DNA of 64,000 nucleotides, taken from positions 378,097-442,096 of the forward strand of contig JAWQFM010000016.1 in the NCBI GenBank assembly GCA_033442325.1, in the 5' to 3' direction. A program made the translations under genes and the position numbers. The notes beneath the pieces are model-generated. The model searched no databases. It was given only the letters and a program-made list of their open reading frames with translations, and was not told where the DNA came from. The DNA comes from Salpingoeca rosetta. Lineage: Eukaryota; Protista; Choanoflagellata. Within the stretch, counting starts at the first letter, position 1; the number at the start of each line of letters is the position of its first letter. Below are positions 1-21,669 of the stretch, piece by piece.

Positions 1-64
1 TGTGTGTGTGTGTGTGTGTGTCTGTGTGTCTGTGTGTGTGTGTGTGTGTGTGTCTGTGTGTGTG

Positions 65-106
<42 letters not shown>

Positions 107-243
107 GACGTGTGAGCGAATACGAGAATGTGCCGCCACGTGTGCCAATTCAACTATGCATATATGCTTCGTCATTGTACCCATGGTCTTGCTCACACAT
201 CCAATCTCACGTGTATTCCTTTATGCACGCACATGCGACCCAG

Positions 244-325
244 CAGGTGCAGACATCTGCGCGTTCGACATCCGTATTTGAAACACAGCTGGATGTCCTC
301 GGCAAATCGCTCTTGCAGCAGGTGA

Positions 326-372
<47 letters not shown>

Positions 373-1433
373 CAAACACACACACACACACACATGCAAA
401 CACAAAACACGCACACGCATTCTGAACCCCCTCCCCCGGCCTCCATTCCTTGATCGCACAGGCCACGTGTCTGCCCAGTGGATACCATGCCGCGCTGCTG
501 AACGAGAACATCCCAATTTTCACGGTCCGCACTGTACCAATGCGCTCGCCTTCCGAGCATTCCCAATCGAGAAAGGGGCGGTACCACCTGCAGCAGTACC
601 TGGGCCTGCTGGAGGGCGCCTTGCGCTCCATGAACAACATGGGCCAGCGGTTTAACCTGTCCTTCACCTACTACTTTCTGCTCGCGCGTCAGCGGTTTGT
701 GTCCATAGGCCGGTACCTTCCCGGCTGGATGGCTGCGTTGGTGGCAGTGGTGGTGCGGGTGATGGTGGCGTGGCTGAAGCTCGGTGGTGACTTGACAGTG
801 AAGGGCAACAACGACAACGATCGTGCTGATGTTGATGATGTTCTTGATGATGATTTTGACGATAATGGTGATGGCAGAGCGAGTGTGGATCGTGGTGGTG
901 ATGGTGATGCTAGTGGTGGTGATGATGGCAGCGAAACGCGGGACACATCCGCAGTTGCGGTGCGGAGGAACCGCGCCCGAAGAGAAGGAGAGCAAGCACA
1001 AGATGCTCATGCTGCTCGTGATGATGTTGATGTTGGCGGTGGTGATGATGATGGCAGCAGTGAGGAGGAAGTGGTAGCGGAGGAAAGAGACAGTGAGGGT
1101 TTGGATGAGAAAGGAACGCTTGCGTCGTGGTCATCATCATCGTCGTCGTCGCTGTCATCATCATCATCGTCATCATCATCTTCATCTTCCCTTTCATCAT
1201 CGTCGCTGAACGATGATGAGGAGGGGGATATGGGTGCTGCGCCAGCATCTGTACTTCACAGCAATACCCCTGCACAGGCAGCTACCGCTGCTACTGATGA
1301 TACTCCGGGCACCTGCGTTGCTGGGCTGCGTCTCAACCATCTGCCTTGGTCGATCAGGTCACGGACAGTGGCAATTGGACAGGCGGTCCTGTTGTCCGTT
1401 GCAGGATTCGCACTGCCGCTGGCACTCGTGCTT

Positions 1434-1464
<31 letters not shown>

Positions 1465-2567
1465 TGCTGCAGCGCGCGCCGACAGATGCACACACGTCGC
1501 TGTTTGGAGCAGACTCGCCCACGCTCAACACAGCGAATGCAGACGCAACGCAGTCGGCGTCATCAGTGTCGGCTGCGTCTCCGTTGCTGTCGTTTGATGA
1601 CGTCGTGCTCGCAACCGCCCGCGCACTCGTCAATATGGGAATCACCTTCCACGTCGGCAGCAACCCCGCTCCGGTCTCATCATCGTCACCACCATCATCG
1701 CCATCATCGCCATCATCACCGCCAGCAGTAGATCAGGCAGTGTCGGCGTTTGTTGCGCGCACCACGGCGCCGCTCCCCGCTGACACATCGACAGCTGCGC
1801 TGGTACCCGTTGTGTATGCAATCGCATGCACCCTCGCGTGTCTTGCTGGCGTTGCGGCAGCCAGAGCCACGGCCAACGTGCTGCTGGATGTCGCTGGTGA
1901 CGGCGATGACGACAGAGGCGGTGGTGGAGATGATGATCATTGTGAAGGTGAAGCAGATGATGCTGGAGATGGTGGAGATGAGCTTGGAGGGCACGTTGGT
2001 GACAAGGAGAACACAACCGTCACTGGTCCCAGTGGTGAGCCTGCCCCTGCCCCTGCCACGGCTCGAAGCGATGAGGAGGAGGAGGAGGTGTGGGCTGCGT
2101 TGCCAGTTGTGCTGCTGCTGGTTGGCGGGATGCTGTGTGCAACGGTGATGGTTTTGAACCTTGGCATCTTCATCGCCATCTTGTCGCTCGGCTGCTGGCC
2201 TCTCATGCTGGCATCGCTGTCGTGCACAATGCGCAGTCAGACCGAGAGCAGCAACCGTTGCCATTGGCGTGATGACAGACACAGTGCCATCGCCAGCAGC
2301 GCCAGCAGCGCCAGCAGTGAGAGGCGTGGGTGGTGGGCATGGGGGAACTGTAAGGCCAGGATGCGGTTGTGGGCAGCGCGGTTTGTGGTGTGTTCTGTGC
2401 ACCCGGTGAGTGTGATCGCGGCGCTTACTGCGTGGTCACCCGTGGAGGTGGGGATGATATTCGCACATGCGCGGGCGTTGCATGCTGTTTGCGTGTGGCT
2501 CCACCCGCTCGTGTTTGGTGTCTGGGTACCCATGGCCACGCTCGCATGCTTCCTGGTCACGCGGTGA
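244..2567 (+). CDS. GPAA1: GPI-anchor transamidase subunit GAA1/GPAA1, 5'-partial (visible exons ~244/247-321 and 462-2567)
   Basis: Spliced read GKSLLQQ|ATCLPSGYHAALLNENIPIFTVR followed by LEGALRSMNNMGQRFNLSFTYYFLLARQRFVSIGRYLP matches the Gaa1 luminal motif (EGxxRxxNNLxERxHQSFFxYxL...FVSIGxY). Several hydrophobic segments follow. GT..AG intron at 322-461, phase 0. Confidence 0.85.
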
Positions 2568-2774
2568 TCGAATACACAATTTGTAATAAGACCTGACTGA
2601 CTTCATGTGGAATGCAACAAATCTAGAATTTACTCGACAGTTTTTCGACATTAATGCAAGTCGCAGGGATTCGTGATCCGTGCATGCTTGCATGGCCCAC
2701 TCAAGGTGCACGCGCGCATACACACACACACACACACATACATGTAGAAAGACAGACAACCCCAAAACAGGAGA

Positions 2775-3809
2775 TCACTGCATGCCAAGGGTGGCCGGGA
2801 TGCTCTCGTAGAGGCTCTTGAGAGCTTGGCGACGACGCACGTCTTCTGGGTCGCTCTTGGCCAGGACCGACTCCTTCAGTGCGGCATTCTCCTCCTCGTA
2901 CGCGCCGACTTCCTCGGTGGAGAAGGGCGTATCCACGCTGGCTGGAAACATCAAGGAATAGCCGAGGCCGAGCAGGTGCTCCTTGGTCACTCGCTCCACA
3001 ATCTTGATCTGGTCCTCCGTGAGCTGCTTCTTGTACTTCTCGGTGTTCGTTGCCAAGATTTCACCCTGTGCCAGGTTGCGCCACATCTCGGACGCTGCGG
3101 CCCGCTTGCGCCCCTCCTCGCTCTGCGCAAAGTCCTGGCGGTAGGTTGGGTTGAACTTGAAGCCGAGGAAGGTGCAGAGGCGCTGCAGCGTTGAGTCTGG
3201 GTCTGCTGTCAGCTCCTCGTACGAAACCTTGATGACTTGTTTGGGGTAGGTCTGCAGCACGTGTTGCACGTGGTCCTGCAGCTTGGCCCATTTCTTGGCG
3301 ATGGCGTACACGTGCTTCTCACCATCGATAGCCTTGGTGAAGGACAGGGCCACCTCACGAGGGTCGCGGTAGAGGTAGATGAACTTGACACGGCTTCCGT
3401 AGTAGTCGACAAGCTTGTCGGCGTGCTTGGAGTAGTTCATGGCCTTGCAGATCCACTTGGTGCAGCCGCCTTGAATGGCGTTGGTGTTCATGAGGGCATC
3501 GAAGACACCCATCACGCTGCGTTCAGCGCATGCCTCGAGAACCTCCTGCGTGCTCACCCCATCCATGCTCTCCCAGGGCACAGGATTGGCGCGCACGATG
3601 TTGCGGGAGAGTGAGACAAATGCCTCAAAGGTGGCGTCATCTTGGAGGCGAGACTCGTCAACAACGCGCGGGAGAACCTCGTCGAGGTACTTGGGAGGAT
3701 GGGGTGCTGCGACCTTATCGTGCAAAGACAGCAGAAGCTGAAGGAGGTTGGAACCGCTCCGCTGGCATCCAATCAGGAACACGGGCTGCACGTCGTCTTG
3801 GCTGGCCAT
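2775..3809 (-). CDS. Intronless PAPS-dependent sulfotransferase (Sulfotransfer_3-like, bacterial-type), 344 aa from MASQDD
   Basis: 5'-PSB loop FLIGCQRSGSNLL and 3'-PB motif YLYRDPREVALS; VSYEELTADPDSTLQRLCTFLG. Single uninterrupted ORF with no signal anchor. Confidence 0.9.
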   Translation of the reverse strand: MASQDDVQPVFLIGCQRSGSNLLQLLLSLHDKVAAPHPPKYLDEVLPRVVDESRLQDDATFEAFVSLSRNIVRANPVPWESMDGVSTQEVLEACAERSVMGVFDALMNTNAIQGGCTKWICKAMNYSKHADKLVDYYGSRVKFIYLYRDPREVALSFTKAIDGEKHVYAIAKKWAKLQDHVQHVLQTYPKQVIKVSYEELTADPDSTLQRLCTFLGFKFNPTYRQDFAQSEEGRKRAAASEMWRNLAQGEILATNTEKYKKQLTEDQIKIVERVTKEHLLGLGYSLMFPASVDTPFSTEEVGAYEEENAALKESVLAKSDPEDVRRRQALKSLYESIPATLGMQ

Positions 3810-3967
3810 GGTGCTTCGTGTTTGGTGCTTTTGGTGCTTGGTGAAGTGGTGCTTGGTCAAATGATGGTGCTAGGTGCTAGGTGCTTGGCGCTTGGCGCTT
3901 GGTGCTTGGCGCTTGGCGCTTGGTGGGCGTTTGATGCTTTGTGAGGAGGTATGTGGGCGTGCCGGTA

Positions 3968-3977
3968 ATGACGTCAT
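3968..3977. promoter_or_regulatory. Palindromic CRE/bZIP site ATGACGTCAT (copy 1)
   Basis: Perfect 10-bp palindrome containing TGACGTCA, flanked by tgccg..cggca arms, ~160 bp upstream of the sulfotransferase ATG. Confidence 0.5.
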
Positions 3978-4133
3978 CGGCAAGTACATAACCACACCCG
4001 TCTTGGTCAAATGATGGTGCTAGGTGCTAGGTGCTTGGCGCTTGCTGCTTGGCGCTTGGTGGGCGTTTGATGCTTTGTGAAAGTAGTTCAACTTCATGAA
4101 GTCGGTAGGAGGAGGTATGTGGGCGTGCCGGTA

Positions 4134-4143
4134 ATGACGTCAT
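4134..4143. promoter_or_regulatory. Palindromic CRE/bZIP site ATGACGTCAT (copy 2)
   Basis: Second copy, created by the tandem duplication; ~230 bp upstream of the PILS-like ATG. Confidence 0.5.
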
Positions 4144-4375
4144 CGGCAAGTACATAACCACACCCGTGATGAGTAAACCGCACAACACAACATAACCATT
4201 GATTCCCCCACACCACACCACAGGGCAGGTGCAACACAACACGTGACAACGCACCAGAACAAACACACCAGAACAAACACCACAACGCAACACAACACAA
4301 CACAACTAACACAACACAACACAACAACCACACCACACCAAATAAACTCACAACACAACCCAACACACCGACGAC

Positions 4376-7230
4376 ATGGGCGGCCTCGACATATCAGGCG
4401 ATGTCGTGGCTGTGGCAGCATCCACCGTGGGCTCTGTGCTGATGCTCAGTCTCGTGGGCGTCTTCGTGGCACACTATCCAAAGCACCCATCTGGCGATGT
4501 TCGTCTATCAGGTCGGTGGTTTGGTCTCCCGCCATCGCGCTGCAACGAATTTGGCTATGTCTGGTAGTCGTTCAGCAGGTTGTGGGACCGATTGTGAAGC
4601 ACGCGCCTGGCGCGTTTCGTTTTGCCCCAAGTTTGTCACGATGCCTTTGCTTTCTGTTCGGTGTAGGCATGCTGCAACAGTCATCCATTCGTCAGATTGC
4701 AAAAGTGGCGACGACCGTGTATATCCCATGCTTGGCATTCACCCGGCTTGGAAGCCGCCTGTCCATTGATACCATGAAAGAAGTGTGGCCGATGGTGCTC
4801 TACGCACCAGGTTAGAAGAAAGGGGGGCCTGCGATGTGCTTTTGTGATGTGCTCATTGTGGCGGTATGTGGTATGCAGTGCATTGTGTGACGTGGATATG
4901 CGACATTGAATTGTACTGCGTCATGCATGGTGCTTGGAATGTGTGGGAAACCGGCCCCAATACCACCGCCGGCCCTGTTCCGTGTTGGTCATCACGACAC
5001 CTGCACGCGACGCACGAGCAGTCTTGTGAAACGTAGTTGTGGTAGTGAGCACACGCCACAGCGCAACACTCCCGCGTATCTATTGCGATCACTCACGCAC
5101 GCCACCGGTTACTCTGTTACTTGCAATGTGTTTGAACGATGCTCAGCTCAGTGTCTGCTGGGCACGTTGGTGGCCTGGCTTGTGTGCCGCGTGTTTCTTG
5201 TTCCAAAGCAGTTCCGGCAAGAGTTCATTCTCGCTTGCTCACACCCCAACATGATTGCGGTGCCCCTGGTCATGCTCGAGGTCAGTGAGTCACATCGCCT
5301 ACATAGCAAGCTGTGAAAGTGCCTCCTTCCTTCTCCTGGCATTGTTGCTGCGTTTGCGTGCCTTGTCCATGAGTTGGGCGGGAAGAAAGCGCGTCACTGT
5401 GACAGGATGACGTGAAGGAGTGTGTGCGTGAAGTGCATTGATCAGCCGATTGCTTGCACATGCGCTGACCAGATGGCTTGCTTCCTTGCGTGGATGTGTG
5501 TCGCCTGTGCGTGCTTGTTGATGGTCTGTTCTACCAGGTTCTCTGCCAGCAGTCACAGCTCGCTGGGGAGGACTCCTGTTCAGAGCGATCGGCCGCCTTT
5601 GTCTTCGTGTCTGTCGTGGGCTGGTACCTGTACTTCTGGACAGTCGGCCTTGAAACTATCAAGCACCTGAGTGTAAGTGCCAAGTGGGAAATGCTGGTGA
5701 CATCAGCGGGCTAAGTTCGGTTTCCACGAAGCTCTGCCGGCTTGCACAGGCCTACACACCCCGCGCTCACAGCACCATAACCCACTTGCTTCCAACGAGC
5801 CAATTTATGGTGCAATCGATTGCCCTCTTGATCAGACTTGAAACGCGCGAAAACTCACGATGCAGTGAAACTTGTCTTGTTGCTTGTTGTTGACGACGGC
5901 AGCCTGAGACTCAAGCGCTTGAAGCGAACCAAGGTGGCGAGGGTTCGTCCACCATATGGCAATCACTGAAGCAGCTTGTCAACAACTTCTTCAATCCTCC
6001 GCTCATCGGATCGTTGTCAGGCCTCGTTGTTGGGCTTGTGCCAGAGCTTCAGGTACTCGTAGTTTAGAACACGCACCTCCTACACACACACACACATACA
6101 CACACATCTGAACGTGAAAGTATATCTGATCATTGAACACTTTTCCCGTCCATCACGACACACGCTGTTTGCATGCTTGTGCTTGTGCTTTGCTGACATG
6201 TCACTGTGTCAGTCACACACAGAGAGATCCACCAACCCATCGTCCTACGCGTATGCAACACACTGAACACATTACATCTCACGACGGTATCCACCCATCC
6301 TTCGCCCTTGCGTTTGCCGTTTGCTCCCTGCCTTGCCCAACTCAGGATTTGTTCTTTGGCGGCAAGGCACCTCTGCTCTTCTCGACATCTGCAGCCAAGA
6401 CGTACGCCGCAGCTGTAGTCGGGGTCATGTCAACAGTCATGTTTGTGACGCTCGGCAAGTCCATCCCCAGCCTTGACCTGAGGGAGCACGCGGCAAAGCT
6501 GCTTCGAATGTTTAGGCCCGCAGACAAGAGGTCGCTGGAGGATGTTGAAGTTGCTGGTCCCGATGACACCAGTACGAACAGCAGTGTGCAACTGATGGCT
6601 TCACGTGACAGCATCAGCGTGGGCGCGGTGCTCGCTGGTCCAAGTCAATGTTCAGACCAGCCATCGTCTCACCAGCAGCAGCACACGGTTCCCGCTTCGT
6701 ATGACGACAACGGCGTGCTGCTGATCGACGTTGATCGTGTCCTCGAAGAGAACCACCTTTCTCTTGCCCTTGCACGGGCCAACGGCCAGGATGACGCTCG
6801 TGCGACAAGTTCTGCTACTGTTCCACCATCAGCAACCGCACTGAAGCTGCTTGTCCCAGCCACGAGCAACGCCACAACAACACCAGAACAGAAGCAAGAG
6901 AAGGACCACCAATCCGCAGCGAGCTGGGGTGCCCGCAACCTGGTGCTGTTTGTTGTGACGTCCATGCTTGTCTTACCCGGCTCCAAGCTTGGACTCATCA
7001 TCTGGCTTGGGCCACACGTGTTTGGCAGTGGCGCCAACGCCGCACTTGTTCAACTCGTGCTGTGCATTCAGAGCATCACGCCAACTGCGAATCTTCTTGT
7101 GGTGGTGTGTCAGCGGGAGGGTGCACGCGCATCTGCTGAGCGCATGTCACGGGGCATTCTCCTGCAGTACACGGTTGCCATTGGCTCACTGCTCATCTTC
7201 ACCGCGCTCGGTGTTGCCGCGTTCTACTGA
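4376..7230 (+). CDS. PIN-LIKES / auxin efflux carrier (Mem_trans) family transporter; exons 4376-4511, 4667-4810, 5147-5280, 5538-5672, 5903-6052, 6346-7230
   Basis: All six exons splice in frame at GT..AG. Motifs: VYIPCLAFTRLG, crossover ACSHPNMIAVPLVML, YFWTVG, FNPPLIGSLSGLVVGLVP, LFFGGKAPL and QSITPTANLLVVVCQ; about 10 TM helices. Confidence 0.85.
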
Positions 7231-7680
7231 CGCAACAGCGCCTGTGTGTTTTGTCTTGTGTGAGGGGCTGTGTGCGTGTGTGTGTAATTGATGTCTCTCC
7301 AACACTGTTGTGAGTCTTCGTATGCGTGACCATGCATTGCCACTTCTGAATGCAGTATGTGCTGTGTGAATTGCTTCATTTCATAACGAAACCACAGCAT
7401 CGAGTAAAGGAAACGCATGGCGCCTGAGAAGCAACCATGTCAATCAACACACACACGAGCTTCAACACAGGCATTCAGGAACACACACGCACACGCACGC
7501 ACGCACGCACGCACGCACATAATCACACACACACACACACGCACCCATGTCAATCAACACACACACGGGCTTCACAGGCATTCAGGAACACACACACACA
7601 CACACGCACACGCACACACACACACAGAGTGTTATCCGCCGTGTTGAAAGAAGAACGTCAGGCGTGGCGTGTGGGTGCGT

Positions 7681-9806
7681 TTAGTTGAGTTCGAGGCAGT
7701 CCTTGGGCACACGTCCCCGTTTGCCGCCGCGCTCGGCCATGATCCAGTCCTCCGGGACGGAGGCGTCGTTTGGAAACACGAGCAGCACTTCATCTGCGGT
7801 GATGGTCAACTCCTCCTCGCTCTCCGCATTTCGGTTCGCCAGCGCTTTGGCAGTCATCTGGGTATGTGCGTGCGTGAATGTGCATGTGTGAATGTGCGTG
7901 CGTGAATGTACGTGCGTGTATGTGCGTGCATGTGTGAATGTGCGTGCGTGAATGTACGTGCGTGCGTGAATGTACGTGCGTGAATGTGCGTGTGAATGTG
8001 TGCGTGTGCGTGTGTATGTGTGTGTATGTGTGAAAACGGAGAACAGCATCATCAGCATCACCTTCCCCCCCTGCCACGTCACCGTACCCCCACCGGCGGT
8101 TCGCTGTCGAGCGACGTGTCGTCCAGTGGCGCCATGTTTGGATCAGCGCTCCTGTGCACATGTGCATGCACACACACACACACGTTCATTGTTCGCACAT
8201 GCACATGCACATGCACATGCACATGGATTTGCACGCGCGTGCATGAAGTGAGGGTGTCCATGGGTTCACACACGCACACATGTACACACACTTGTACACG
8301 CACACATGTACATGCACTCATGTGCACGATCACATTCCACGCCAAAGACCGTTCATCTTACGTGCTTGGTGGCGTTGCCTGTGCAATGCCCATGTCCCTG
8401 TGTTTCGCATTCACACACGTGCACGCGTGAGTGAGATGCACAACAGTGATGAGGCGTATCTCGAAATTGCACTTGTTCCAGCCTGCAAATGCTCCAATGT
8501 TCGCGACAACGCACCACCACTACGACGACTACCATCACCACCACTACGACGCACCACCACTACCACCACTATCACCACCACCACCACTAGCACTATCATT
8601 GTCACCACGCGCGTGCAACTCACTGCTCGAAAGCGGATGCGAGGTCCGCCAGCTCTTTGGCGGCCTCCTCAAAGTAGCGCTGCTGCGATTTGATCAGCGA
8701 CAGCAGCCGGCTCGCGTGCTCCTCCTGACGCAACGTAGCCCACGTGGTGATATGTGTATATGTGTGTGTGTGTGTGTGGTGTGGAGTAAATGGTGAGCCT
8801 GCACAAGAAGAGTGAGGCAGTGCGCAATGCAACACGGAAGCTCATGATTCAAGAAACGCACGTACGCACGTACGCACGCACACACGCACACACGCACACG
8901 CACGCACACACACACACAAAACCACCGCACGTTTTTCTTGTCGGTGTTTTCGAGGATGAGTTTGACGCTTTCGTATTTGTCGTCAAAGACGGTCTGCTTC
9001 GTCATCAGCTCAGCCTCCGCCTGATGACGATGGTAATGATGATGATGGTGGTGGTGGCGGTGACGATGAACGGAGGATGATGGCGTGAGTGTGGTTGCTT
9101 CGGGGAGTTGCTCAGTCGCTGTGCACCGTGTGCAAACACAACGTTACACACAAGCATACACACACAGACACAAACGCGCACACACAGACACATTCAAACA
9201 CACACACACACACAGCACCTGCTGCTGTTTCTCTGGAGACGCCTTCTTGACACGCGACTTGGCGGCATCGAGATCAAGACGCAGCGAATTCAGCGCCCGG
9301 CGCTCGGCCTGACATTGGTGGTGGTGGTGGTGGTGGTGGTGATGGTGGTGGTGTGGGGATGGGTGCAAAACCGAGCGTAGTGTGGAATGGAAACAAGGAA
9401 CAATTAACCTCGCAATTATCCACACACGCACACACGCACATACACATGCACACACGCACACCACGTACATGCGTGTTGTGCCTTTCCCCTTCCTCTTCTC
9501 TCTGTGTCCACGCACCGCTGCACGCTTGAGGTCTGACTGGACAAACTGCTTGAGCGGCTCAACAAATTGCGACTGCACATCTCGTGTCAACTCCGTGAAC
9601 CGGGCGCCCACGGAAACCTCCGCCTCGCCTGCACGCTGCAGCGCCGCACCTGTGTTGTGTTGTGGTGTGTGAGTGTGTGTCGCTTGTGAGAGTGTTTGCA
9701 GAGTGGTGTGAGAGGTGACCATGCCACCTTCCAAACCATCACTCGACTCCACGCCCCCTCCTTCCACATCACACACACACACACACACGCAAACACACAC
9801 ACACAC

Positions 9807-9846
<40 letters not shown>

Positions 9847-10091
9847 TCACTCACTCACACACACACATACACACACTCACACACACACACATACACACAC
9901 ACATACACACCACTCCCTCCTCCCGTTCACTTGTCCACATATGCGCACCGTATTGGGTGTCGGTGCCCACGGCATCGGCCGCCTCGAGGAAACTGTTGCC
10001 GAGTGCTTCCAGCTCGTTGATGTGCGCACGTGACGGCCGCTTCAGTCGCGCATACACGCTCGCCTCAAACCGTCGGCCTGCCCACGCGTGA

Positions 10092-10133
<42 letters not shown>

Positions 10134-10860
10134 AATGGGTGTATGCACATGTGCATGTACACATGCATGTACACGTGTGTGTGTGTGTGTGTGTGTGTGT
10201 GGTAGCGCAAGTGTGACGAGAAAGAGCAACGGCACAGTAAGGCTGAGTCAAAGTTGCTCACTTGGGTTTGGTTGGAGGTATGCAGACGTCGCCTTCAGCA
10301 TCTTCTCCGTTTGCCTGTTACAGGTCAAAACACATGATGACAGAGGGTCAGGGAGAAGGGTGAGGCGGTGTAAGCTGCGCACACGAGACAACGCAGCCAT
10401 TCATGTGCAAGCACACACACACATGTACGCACACAGAGTCACCTGCACACATTCTCAGCGAGCAGCAACGCACAGACCGCACATACGAGGCACTCACGTC
10501 TTCATGGCGTCTGTCTTGTTGGCGAGGGCCGTGAAATCCTCATCGTACTCCGTCTTCTCGGCCCGGCCAAACTTCTCGCCCGTGTACTGCACGCATGTGT
10601 GCAACACCCGACGTACCAAGCGTGCATGCATGAGTGACAAACGTACGTGAGTGACAAGCGTGCATGAGTGACAAGTGTGTGAGTGCTAAGCGTGTATGAG
10701 TGCCAAGCGTGTGCGAGTGCCAAGCGTGCATGAGCAGGTCGCTAGATTCGCACACCAACGCACACCGACGCACACCAACACACACCTACACACATCCGCA
10801 ACCACAACCATAGAACAGCACCTGCTTGGCACGGGCAAAGCGGGAAGCGATCTTGTCCAT
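7681..10860 (-). CDS. SH3GLB: Endophilin B-like N-BAR + SH3 protein (multi-exon)
   Basis: MDKIASRFARAKQ|YTGEKFGRAEKTEYDEDF..., YLQPNP, RLDLDAAKSRVKKA and QQRYFEEA (N-BAR). The last exon 7681-7857 encodes an SH3 domain (EEELT...EDWIMAERGGKRGRVP). Boundaries of the linker exons at ~8090-8480 are uncertain. Confidence 0.88.
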
Positions 10861-11202
10861 CGTCGGTTGGCTGTTCTTCGCCTTGGCTCGCTTGCTAGAT
10901 GGTGTTGTTTGGCGTTGCTTCTCGTTCGTCTTCTTCTGCGTGTCACAATAGCGGAACACACGCGCAAAACACATGAGCAAAATGAACAGAATGCAACACA
11001 CACACACACACCAACACACAAACACACAAACACACAAACACATGAAGGAGGAAGCCACCCGAAGCGCAGCTCACCATAGCTTCCACTCGCTCTCGCTCAC
11101 TCACAGCGCTCCCACCACTGCTTGCTGTGCTTTGCTGACTCACCGCTCCGCTGAAGAAATCGTGGTTGTTGGCGATTGGTGAATGTCATGCACGACTTTT
11201 CG

Positions 11203-11231
11203 TTCGCGCCAAAGAGCAAAGACGCGCGAAA
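11203..11231. promoter_or_regulatory. Pair of canonical E2F/DP sites upstream of POLD1
   Basis: TTCGCGCCAAA at 11203-11213 (contains TTTGGCGC on the minus strand) and GCGCGAAA at 11224-11231 (TTTCGCGC on the minus strand). Both match TTTSSCGC. Confidence 0.65.
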
Positions 11232-11306
11232 ACAACAACAGCAAACACGTCCGTGCACGGATACGGTGATGCATGCATGGTGGTGTAGTGGTGAGGGTGA
11301 CATGGC

Positions 11307-11484
<178 letters not shown>

Positions 11485-11676
11485 CACTTGTTGTGGTGGC
11501 GCTGCTGGAGCAAGATGATTGTGCTCGTGTTTGTCATTGCTCTGTCAACTGCGCTCACTGTCGTTGCTGTGCGTTTCTTTTGCGTGTGGTGGTCGACAGT
11601 TGATGATTCCAAGCAGCATCATCAACAGCAGCAGGATAATCAGCAGCAGCAGCAGCCAGCGAAAGGAACCGCCGCG

Positions 11677-21249
<9,573 letters not shown>

Positions 21250-21251
21250 TT

Positions 21252-21285
<34 letters not shown>

Positions 21286-21669
21286 CGCGTGCGTGCGCAC
21301 CTGTTCTCTTCTTGCTATCTTTGCTCCTCTTTCCACGAGCCTCCCTGTGTCCTACAAACAAATTGTCGCCGCGTGCCGCTGCCTTTGGGTGCCGTGCTTT
21401 ATGCCTTTGGTCGTAACGAAAACAATGAAAGCGTTGCTTGTTGTTGTCAACACATCACTCCAGCATATGTGTATGGATCTCAACCGATATGTAACTCATG
21501 GCATCATTGCTCAACAACGCCGCAAACCAACAGAGTGTCACATCACTGCATCACATCACTGCATCACATCACTGCACATGACGCCAACCCCACACAACGC
21601 AACGCCAACCCTCTCTCAATCAACGTGTTCCCTTGCATCAACACATTGGTCTTCCTTCTTTGCGTCGCA

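Larger units (their letters stand above)
3852..4167. repeat. Imperfect tandem duplication (~150 + ~166 bp) in the divergent sulfotransferase/PILS intergenic region
   Basis: cttggtcaaatgatggtgctagg...ggaggtatgtgggcgtgccggtaatgacgtcatcggcaagtacataaccacacccgt occurs at 3852-4001 and again at 4002-4167. Confidence 0.9.

Noticed and set aside
3852-4167. CRISPR-like array or transposon ends
   Set aside because: Only two long units, no unique spacers, no TIR/TSD or transposase; a eukaryotic tandem duplication.
7435-7625. Two copies of a ~50-bp unit (ccatgtcaatcaacacacacacg...ggcattcaggaacac) between convergent genes
   Set aside because: Short microsatellite-associated duplication in a 3' region with no sign of function.
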